Source: Verrucomicrobiota bacterium (GTDB taxonomy: Bacteria; Verrucomicrobiota; Verrucomicrobiia; Verrucomicrobiales; Akkermansiaceae). From it: DNA of 54,755 nt. A model generated the notes under the pieces. That model made no database searches. It was not told the DNA's origin and worked only from the letters and a program-made list of their open reading frames with translations. The stretch is from the NCBI GenBank assembly GCA_046308575.1, contig JBKDYW010000189.1, positions 1-54,755 on the forward strand, in the 5' to 3' direction. This document shows positions 47,782-54,755 of this stretch, piece by piece. The stretch's first letter is position 1; each line of letters opens with the position of its first letter. A program made the position numbers and the translations under genes.

Positions 47782-49416
47782 ATGCCAAAGAAACCGTTTT
47801 TCTATCAAGATCCCTTTCCACTCGCAGCCGACACGACGGAATACGAATGCATTTCCACCAAGCATGTCTCGATGTCGGAATTCGAAGGTCAGCCGATTCT
47901 CAAAATCGCACCCGAAGCACTCACGCTGCTTTCCGCCGAGGCAATCAAAGCGATCAACTTCACACTGCGCCCAGAACATCTCGCACAAGTCGCCGCAATC
48001 CTTGATGACCCCGAAGCCTCAGAAAACGATCGCATGGTCGCGCTGATGCTTTTGAAAAATGCCGAGATTGCCTCGCATGGCATCCTTCCATTTTGCCAGG
48101 ACACTGGCACCGCGACGATCATCGGCAAGAAAGGCCAGCAAGTATGGACCGGCTGCGATGATGCGGAGTTTCTCTCCAAAGGCATCCACGAAACCTACAC
48201 GAAAGAAAATCTCCGCTACTCACAAACGGCTCCGCTCACGATGTATGAGGAGGTCAACACGATGACCAACCTTCCCGCACAGATCGATCTCTACGCCACC
48301 GAAGGCGATGCTTATCATTTTCTCTTCGTGAGCAAAGGCGGCGGATCCGCCAACAAAACCTTCCTCTATCAGGAAACCAAAGCACTTCTCAATCCGAAGC
48401 GCCTCAAGGAATTCTGCGTCGAAAAAATGCGCTCGCTCGGCACCGCCGCCTGCCCACCTTACCACCTCACCTTCGTCATCGGCGGCACCTCGGCGGAAAA
48501 CTGCCTCAAAACCGTCAAGCTCGCATCCACCCGCTACCTCGACAAACTGCCCACCGCCGGCAACGAACACGGTCAGGCATTTCGCGACCTCGAACTCGAA
48601 AAGGAACTCCTCGCACTATCACGCGAAATCGGCATCGGCGCGCAGTTCGGCGGCAAGTACTTCGCGCTCGATGTCCGCGTCATCCGCCTCCCCCGCCACG
48701 GCGCTTCATGCCCGGTCGGCATCGGCGTCTCCTGCTCGGCCGACCGCCAGGCGAAAGCCAAAATCACCAAGGACGGAATCTACATCGAAAAGCTCGAAAA
48801 AAATCCTGGTCGTTTCATCCCGGAAAAATACAGTGAATGGAAATTCAAAGGCGTACCGATAAACCACGACCTCGGCATGGAGGAAACCCTCAAGACGCTG
48901 AAAAAATATCCGGTCACCACCGCTCTCGCTCTCACTGGCACGATCATCGTCGCCCGCGACAGCGCCCACGCAAAGCTCAAGGAGATCCTCGACGAAACCG
49001 GCGAACTTCCCGACTATTTCAAACAATATCCGGTCTACTACGCCGGACCCGCCAAGACCCCGGCGGGCATGCCCTCAGGCTCCTTCGGCCCCACCACCGC
49101 CGGACGCATGGACGGCTATGTCGATCTCTTCCAATCGCACGGCGGGTCGATGGTGATGCTGGCCAAAGGCAATCGTTCTCAAGCGGTGACCGATGCCTGC
49201 AAAAAACATGGAGGATTCTACCTCGGCTCGGCCGGCGGCCCCGCCGCACTGCTTGCGCAAGATCACATCCGCTCGCAGGAAGTCGTCGCCTTTCCCGAAC
49301 TCGGCATGGAAGCGGTGTGGAAAATCACCGTCGAAAACTTCCCCGCCTTCATCCTCGTCGACGACAAAGGCAACGACTTCTTTACCAAGCTCAACACCTG
49401 CCCGGTCTGCAAGTGA
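47782..49416 (+). CDS. Fumarate hydratase class I (Fe-S, FumA/FumB type)
   Basis: [28 protein letters not shown] and GPTTAGRM. Confidence 0.95.
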   Translation: MPKKPFFYQDPFPLAADTTEYECISTKHVSMSEFEGQPILKIAPEALTLLSAEAIKAINFTLRPEHLAQVAAILDDPEASENDRMVALMLLKNAEIASHGILPFCQDTGTATIIGKKGQQVWTGCDDAEFLSKGIHETYTKENLRYSQTAPLTMYEEVNTMTNLPAQIDLYATEGDAYHFLFVSKGGGSANKTFLYQETKALLNPKRLKEFCVEKMRSLGTAACPPYHLTFVIGGTSAENCLKTVKLASTRYLDKLPTAGNEHGQAFRDLELEKELLALSREIGIGAQFGGKYFALDVRVIRLPRHGASCPVGIGVSCSADRQAKAKITKDGIYIEKLEKNPGRFIPEKYSEWKFKGVPINHDLGMEETLKTLKKYPVTTALALTGTIIVARDSAHAKLKEILDETGELPDYFKQYPVYYAGPAKTPAGMPSGSFGPTTAGRMDGYVDLFQSHGGSMVMLAKGNRSQAVTDACKKHGGFYLGSAGGPAALLAQDHIRSQEVVAFPELGMEAVWKITVENFPAFILVDDKGNDFFTKLNTCPVCK

Positions 49417-49437
49417 GCGATCAATGGTGATGATGAA

Positions 49438-49854
49438 TCACGCCGAATGATCACTCACGATCCGAACGCCATCTGCGCCGATCGTGAAGTAGTACCACTG
49501 CGTCTCAGGCGGCATGAGTGATGGAAATTTGTCGGCCCACTCGGCCACCACGACGCCACCACCATCAAGGTACTCATCCCAACCCAAGGCGATGAGCTCC
49601 TCCGCAGATCCAAGGCGATAAAAATCAAAGTGACTCACCGGCAGGCGTCCGCCGCGGTATTCATGGACCAACCCGAAGGTCGGGCTTGTGACCTCCGCCG
49701 CGCAGCCCATCTCAGCTACAAAACCCTTCACCCAATGGGTTTTGCCCGCACCGAGATCCCCCACCAAGCCGATCACCGATCCAGCCTTGGCCAGACGCGC
49801 GGCAGCCGCACCCAGCTCGATCATTTCCTCAACGCTCTTGATGCGTGCCGTCAT
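49438..49854 (-). CDS. tsaE: tRNA threonylcarbamoyladenosine biosynthesis ATPase TsaE
   Basis: GDLGAGKT, VTSPTF, HFDFYRL and EWA. Confidence 0.94.
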   Translation of the reverse strand: MTARIKSVEEMIELGAAAARLAKAGSVIGLVGDLGAGKTHWVKGFVAEMGCAAEVTSPTFGLVHEYRGGRLPVSHFDFYRLGSAEELIALGWDEYLDGGGVVVAEWADKFPSLMPPETQWYYFTIGADGVRIVSDHSA

Positions 49855-49897
49855 CGTCAGATGCATGGAACATTCAAACCCTCATCGCGGTCGATGC

Positions 49898-49930
49898 AAA
49901 AAAAGGCCAGTCCGCACTCACGGACTGGCC
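49898..49930 (-). terminator. Intrinsic terminator after rpsR
   Basis: GGCCAGTCCG(49905-14) pairs with CGGACTGGCC(49921-30). A7 on the + strand gives a U-tract on the minus strand. Confidence 0.85.
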
Positions 49931-49966
49931 CAAAAAACACAAACCAATGAAACAATGAAAAAAAAC

Positions 49967-50209
49967 TTATGGCAGAAGATTGATCGCGCGCGATTGCTTG
50001 ATCGCGTTGGTGATCTTGCGGTGAAGCTTCGCCGATACACCAGTCACGCGGCGCGGCAGGATCTTGCCGGTTTCCGAAGTGAACTTGCTGAGCAGCTCAG
50101 GGTTGGTGTGGACCACTTGATCGGCAGGGATATCATGACGCCTGCGAGGCATCTGACGGTTTGCCTTGCGGAAGTTGATACGGCGTTGAACGGTTTTAGG
50201 CTCGGACAT
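49967..50209 (-). CDS. rpsR: 30S ribosomal protein S18 (Cys-free form)
   Basis: [19 protein letters not shown]...[12 protein letters not shown]. Confidence 0.95.
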   Translation of the reverse strand: MSEPKTVQRRINFRKANRQMPRRRHDIPADQVVHTNPELLSKFTSETGKILPRRVTGVSAKLHRKITNAIKQSRAINLLP

Positions 50210-50217
50210 GGGAAAAT

Positions 50218-50391
50218 TCAGCGAAGTTCACGGTGAAGGGTGCGGCGCTTGAGGAAGGGATTGAATTTCACCTTCTCCAATCGGCCGGGTGTGCGGAGGC
50301 TCTTCTTGTTACGCGTAGTGACGTAACGGGAAGTCGGTTTGCCCTCGGCTTTGGCCTCGGTGCATTCAAGGATGATAATCTCGCGTGGCAT
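50218..50391 (-). CDS. rpmG: 50S ribosomal protein L33 (missing from the supplied ORF track)
   Basis: Manual translation gives [57 protein letters not shown] (57 aa), directly upstream of rpsR. Confidence 0.95.
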   Translation of the reverse strand: MPREIIILECTEAKAEGKPTSRYVTTRNKKSLRTPGRLEKVKFNPFLKRRTLHRELR

Positions 50392-50423
50392 GGATGGAAA
50401 TTTTGGGGGACGCGGAGAATGCC

Positions 50424-51332
50424 TTAATCCTCCTCCTCGTCAAGCGAAACCGACTCAGAATCTTCATCGTCGGCATATTTTCCGCCGCTGAAGCCCACTT
50501 CGTTGGAGGGACGGAAACGCCTTTTGCCGTATTCTTTCTCCCACTGGGCCTGGCATTCGACGGTCAGGCGCGCAAATGGAATCGCCTCAAGTCGGGCTTG
50601 CGGAATCTTGCGGTTGGAAAGCTCACAGATGCCGTAAAAACCCTTGCGGATACGCACCAAAGCTTCCTCGATTTCATACAAAGCATCCTGTTCCTTGGCC
50701 AAAACGGAGAGCGCGAAATCACGGTCGTAGGCGTCGCTGCCCGCATCGCCTTGATGCTGACCACTGCCCGAAGCCTCAGAACCTTCCGGAGCGTTGCGGA
50801 TGGTGTCGCGGGTCATGCCCGACATCGAGTCAACCAGCTCGTCGCGAAGGTCGAGCAAACGCTGACGCTGCTTCTGAATGAAGGCATCGCTGTGAGGGGC
50901 AGCAGGAACGACGGCGACCTCGACGACTTCGGGTTTCTTAGCCTCTTTAATCGGCGCAATAGGCTTTTTCTCGGGAGTTTTGACGGAAACGGGCTTCTTG
51001 ATCTCGACCTTGGCCTTGGGCGCAGCGGCTTCCTTTTCGACCACCTTCTTCGCAACCGGTTTGACAACTGGCTTGGCGGCTTTTGCAGGTGTCGCTTTTT
51101 TGACCACGGCTGGTTTTTTCGCGGAAACCGGCTTTTTGGCTGGCGCAGGCTTCTTGGCGACTGCGGCTTTCTTCACCGCTTTTTTGGCGACCGGCGCAGC
51201 TTTTTTCGCCGGAAGCGCTTTCTTCGGAGCGGCGACCGCTTTCTTGGAAACAGCTTTTTTTACAGGCTTTGCGGCGGGTTTAGCCTTGCCCTTGGGGGCG
51301 GCTTTTTTCGGGGTATTTTTCTTTGCGGCCAT
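50424..51332 (-). CDS. dksA: DksA/TraR-family regulator with a histone-like Lys/Ala/Pro-rich N-terminus
   Basis: AKK/PAKK repeats, coiled coil with HQGDAGSD, and [16 protein letters not shown]...[14 protein letters not shown]. Confidence 0.85.
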   Translation of the reverse strand: MAAKKNTPKKAAPKGKAKPAAKPVKKAVSKKAVAAPKKALPAKKAAPVAKKAVKKAAVAKKPAPAKKPVSAKKPAVVKKATPAKAAKPVVKPVAKKVVEKEAAAPKAKVEIKKPVSVKTPEKKPIAPIKEAKKPEVVEVAVVPAAPHSDAFIQKQRQRLLDLRDELVDSMSGMTRDTIRNAPEGSEASGSGQHQGDAGSDAYDRDFALSVLAKEQDALYEIEEALVRIRKGFYGICELSNRKIPQARLEAIPFARLTVECQAQWEKEYGKRRFRPSNEVGFSGGKYADDEDSESVSLDEEED

Positions 51333-51534
51333 GGCGCAGTGTTCAACTGGAAGGATCAAAATCTCCCCGTAGTCTGATCGGAAAATGTTTTGCGATCTCG
51401 GAGAGCGGGGTGGGTTAGCCCTTGTCGCGCGACTCATCAAGGGAAAAATTCGCCCCACCGCGAAATATCCATTCGACCGCCTGCCGGCAGCAGGCTTGTA
51501 ATGCCGACCCGCCACACTAAACTGCCGCCCCATC

Positions 51535-52266
51535 ATGGAGCTCAACGCCATCATCGAAGCCCTGCTCATCGCCTCCCAAGACCCCCTCCCCTCGGACGAA
51601 ATCGCCCGGCTCATCCGCAGCCGCGTCGCCGAGGCCGAGGATGTGCGCTCCCGCGAAACCGAGGAAGGCAGGGAATCCCCGCCACTAGCCGACTGGCTCA
51701 TCGCTCTCGGCCAGACCGACGCAGCCCAAGTCTGCGCTGCCATCACCGGCCTCAATGAATCCTACGCTTCCAGCCAACGCTCATTTGTGATCCTCGAACG
51801 CCCAAAAGGCTGGAAACTCTACACACGCCCGGAGTTCGGCGAATTCGTTCGTCAACTCTTCCCCGGCCGCAAACCGGAACGCCTCAGCGGTCCCGCCATG
51901 GAAACGCTCGCAATCATCGCCTACCGCCAACCGATCACCAAAGCCGCGATCGAAGCAGTCCGCGGTGTCGCTTGCGATGGCATGATCCAAAAACTCCTCG
52001 ACCGCGACCTGATCCGCATCGGCGGTCGCGCGGAACTTCCCGGCCGCCCGCTGCTTTACGAAACGACCGACCTGTTTTTCGAACACTTCGGCATCCGCTC
52101 GATCGACGAACTCCCCAATGCCTCGGAGCTTCGGAAAATCAAACTGCCCGAAGCCACCGAAGTCGCAGATCAGCCAGAGCCGGAAACCCAGCTCGCACTC
52201 AGCGCCATCGGCAGCCCCGCCGCCAGCGCAGGCAATGATGAGGCCTCCGAAGACACCGAATCCTGA
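51535..52266 (+). CDS. scpB: SMC-Scp complex subunit ScpB
   Basis: IEALLIAS, LSGPAMETLAIIAYRQPITK, GRPLLYETT and ELP. Confidence 0.94.
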   Translation: MELNAIIEALLIASQDPLPSDEIARLIRSRVAEAEDVRSRETEEGRESPPLADWLIALGQTDAAQVCAAITGLNESYASSQRSFVILERPKGWKLYTRPEFGEFVRQLFPGRKPERLSGPAMETLAIIAYRQPITKAAIEAVRGVACDGMIQKLLDRDLIRIGGRAELPGRPLLYETTDLFFEHFGIRSIDELPNASELRKIKLPEATEVADQPEPETQLALSAIGSPAASAGNDEASEDTES

Positions 52267-52280
52267 AACCATCAACTGCT

Positions 52281-53351
52281 GTGAACCTCGACGACATCCG
52301 CCGCCAGATCGACACCATCGACAAAGAGCTGCTCGACCTGCTCAACCGTCGCGCGGACCTCGTGCATGAAGTCGGCGTGGTGAAAAAACGCGATGGCCTG
52401 CAAATCTATGCACCCGAACGCGAAGAAGCCCTGCTGCGCCGCCTGATCTCAATGAATCAGGGGCGCCTGAGCGAGACATCGATCCGCGCCATTTACCGAG
52501 AAATCATGTCTGCTGCCCTCGCTCTCGAGGATGATCTCAAAATTGCCTACCTCGGCCCCGAAGGCACATGGACGCATCAGGCGGCGATCAAAAAATTCGG
52601 CCACTCGGTCAGCTACTCGCCGCAACCAAACTTCGCCGATGTCTTTGAACAAGTCACCCGCCGCAGCGCGGACTACGGTGTCGTGCCGATCGAAAACTCC
52701 ACCGAAGGCGCGGTGTCCCACACGCTCGATCTGTTTGTCGATTCGCCCCTGCACATCTGCTCGCAGATCCTGCTGCGCATCGAAAATTGCCTGATGGCTG
52801 CCATTCCGCGCAGCGAAATTCGCACGCTTTATTCCCACCCGCAGGTCTTCGGCCAATGCCGCTCGTGGATCCACAAGAATTTCCCCCAAGCCGACCTCGT
52901 GGAAGTTTCCTCAACCACCAAGGCCGCACAAATCGCCCAAGAACAAGCCAAGCAGGGAGCCGCCGCACTCGGTGGCCCGCTCGCCGCCGAAATCTATGGC
53001 CTCGACCTGCTCGAAACATCCATCCAGGACCGCGCCACCAACACGACCCGCTTCCTCGTGATCGGTGAAAAAACCTGCCCACCCACCGGCCACGACCGCA
53101 CTTCGGTCCTCTTCGCCATCCACGACCGGCCCGGCTCATTGGTCAAGGCCCTCCAAGCCTTCGACAATTTCCACATCAACCTCTCAAAAATCGAATCCCG
53201 CCCCTCAAAACGCAAGGACTGGGAATATGTATTCTATGTCGATCTCGCCGGCCACTGCGAAGACCCGCAAGTCTCCGAGGCCCTCGCCGAGCTCCATCAG
53301 CATTGCTCGATGATCAAGCTGCTCGGATCCTACCCGGATGTCAGCGAGTGA
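52281..53351 (+). CDS. pheA: Chorismate mutase / prephenate dehydratase (P-protein)
   Basis: RRQIDTIDKELLDLLNRRA, YLGPEGT, PIENSTEG, NTTRF and ACT-domain IESRP. Confidence 0.95.
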   Translation: MNLDDIRRQIDTIDKELLDLLNRRADLVHEVGVVKKRDGLQIYAPEREEALLRRLISMNQGRLSETSIRAIYREIMSAALALEDDLKIAYLGPEGTWTHQAAIKKFGHSVSYSPQPNFADVFEQVTRRSADYGVVPIENSTEGAVSHTLDLFVDSPLHICSQILLRIENCLMAAIPRSEIRTLYSHPQVFGQCRSWIHKNFPQADLVEVSSTTKAAQIAQEQAKQGAAALGGPLAAEIYGLDLLETSIQDRATNTTRFLVIGEKTCPPTGHDRTSVLFAIHDRPGSLVKALQAFDNFHINLSKIESRPSKRKDWEYVFYVDLAGHCEDPQVSEALAELHQHCSMIKLLGSYPDVSE

Positions 53352-53429
53352 GGTTGCCCACCGCCCCCCCAAAATTACGCGCAAAGAGAACTGGCGTATT
53401 GGAATTGAAACTGCTTGATTGCGCCGCAC

Positions 53430-54722
53430 ATGAACAAAAAAGTGGAACTGAACATCGACGGGAAAGTCCTCGAACTGCCAACCATCACCGGCTCCGAAGG
53501 CGAGGAAGGCATGGATATTTCAGCCCTCCGCAGCAAGACCGGCTTCATCACGCTCGACCCCGGCTACGGCAACACCGGCTCATGCAAAAGCGCCATCACA
53601 TTCATCGATGGTGAAAAGGGCATTCTTCGCTACCGCGGCTATGACATCGCGGAACTCGCGGAAAAAAGCACCTTCGTCGAGACCGCCTATCTGCTGATCT
53701 ATGGCGAACTCCCCACCGCCACCGAGCTTGCCGATTTCTCCACACTGCTCACCGACAATCAAATGCTCCACGAGAGCATGCGCTTCCACTTCGAAGGCTT
53801 TCCCCACACCGCCCACCCGATGGCGATCCTCTCGGCGATGATCAACGCCGCATCGTCCTACTATCCGGACCTCGCCAGCGGCGACAACCGCGAGATGAAT
53901 TTCCCGCATCACGCCGCACGACTCATTTCACAAATCCGCACCATCGCCGCCTTCGCCTACCGCAAGGCCCACGACCTTCCGCCGATCTATCCGCGCACGA
54001 CTCTCGATTACACCGCGAACTTCCTCCACATGATGTTCTCGCAACCCGGTGAGGACTGCGAACTCAATCCGGAAATCGTCAAGGCGCTCGACCTGATCTT
54101 CCTGCTTCACGCCGACCACGAACAAAACTGCTCGACTTCGACAGTCCGCACGGTGGCCTCCAGCCGCGCCAATCTTTTTGCTTCTGCATCCGCCGGCGTC
54201 TGCGCGCTTTGGGGCCCACTCCACGGCGGCGCCAACCAAGCGGTGCTCGAAATGCTCGAGGAAATCCACCAGGAAGGCGACGACGGCACGAAGTTCCTCA
54301 CCGAAGTGAAAAACAAGGTCGGCAACCGCCGCCTCATGGGCTTCGGCCACCGCGTCTACAAGAGCTTCGACCCACGCGCGGTCATCATCAAGCAACAGTG
54401 CGACAAGGTGCTCGCTCAACTTCAGAAGTCGGATCCACTTCTCGAAATCGCCAAAAAACTCGAGGAAATCGCGCTCAACGACGAATACTTCATCGCCCGC
54501 AAACTTTATCCGAATGTCGATTTCTACAGCGGCATCATCATGCGCGCCATCGGCATCCCAACCGACATGTTCACGGTCATGTTTGCCATCGGCCGCATGC
54601 CCGGATGGGTCGCCAACTACAAGGAAGTGATGGAAGACACGGACAGCCGCATCGTGCGTCCGCGCCAAATTTACACCGGCGCCACTCTGCGGCCCTTCGT
54701 CCCCCTCGATAAGCGGGCATGA
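53430..54722 (+). CDS. gltA: Citrate synthase
   Basis: [34 protein letters not shown] and YPNVDFYSG. Confidence 0.97.
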   Translation: MNKKVELNIDGKVLELPTITGSEGEEGMDISALRSKTGFITLDPGYGNTGSCKSAITFIDGEKGILRYRGYDIAELAEKSTFVETAYLLIYGELPTATELADFSTLLTDNQMLHESMRFHFEGFPHTAHPMAILSAMINAASSYYPDLASGDNREMNFPHHAARLISQIRTIAAFAYRKAHDLPPIYPRTTLDYTANFLHMMFSQPGEDCELNPEIVKALDLIFLLHADHEQNCSTSTVRTVASSRANLFASASAGVCALWGPLHGGANQAVLEMLEEIHQEGDDGTKFLTEVKNKVGNRRLMGFGHRVYKSFDPRAVIIKQQCDKVLAQLQKSDPLLEIAKKLEEIALNDEYFIARKLYPNVDFYSGIIMRAIGIPTDMFTVMFAIGRMPGWVANYKEVMEDTDSRIVRPRQIYTGATLRPFVPLDKRA

Positions 54723-54755
54723 AAATCCTCAGCCACAGCGATCCAGGATATCAGG
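54719..54755 (+). CDS. Start of the next gene (truncated by the window edge)
   Basis: ATG overlaps the gltA stop (ATGA) and the frame [12 protein letters not shown] is open to the edge. Confidence 0.45.
   Translation, partial: MKILSHSDPGYQ

Noticed and set aside
51333-51755. N-terminal 141 aa of the 443-aa ORF upstream of dksA
   Set aside because: It overlaps divergent scpB and the shared promoter region. The ATG at 51332 begins the coherent Lys/Ala-rich protein.
54719-54755. Naming the truncated last gene (e.g. hisD)
   Set aside because: Only 12 codons are visible, which is not enough evidence.

Overview
High-GC bacterial chromosome segment, probably Verrucomicrobiota (Luteolibacter/Akkermansiaceae-like). 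This assignment is inferred from the style of the pilin, S18, L33 and DksA sequences and from the SD-poor, ATGA-overlapping gene starts. The main feature is a ~22 kb type IV filament locus (626-22884). It encodes PilT- and PilB-type ATPases, PilC, a secretin, a fused PilM/N (GspL-like) protein, PilO/PilP-like proteins and five prepilin-like proteins, one of them a 714-aa PilX-like giant. It also carries a split PilG/H/I-like ABC module with a His-rich subunit, a DPBB-like enzyme, a stand-alone PilB N-domain-like protein, and two secreted proteins in an AT-rich-bounded cassette with repeated 13-bp motifs. Downstream are a retropepsin + inactive-transglutaminase-7TM + ATP-grasp ligase trio, housekeeping genes (tsf, rpsB, tsaC, aroK, queG, nusA-infB-rbfA, class I fumarase, tsaE, rpsR, rpmG, dksA, scpB, pheA, gltA), an 8-bp periodic inverted-repeat element between infB and rbfA, a five-gene O-acylation island (2 SGNH + MBOAT + 2 AlgJ/X-like) and a GH94 phosphorylase. 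No rRNA, tRNA, CRISPR array or transposase was recognised. All calls come from reading motifs by eye; no searches were run.
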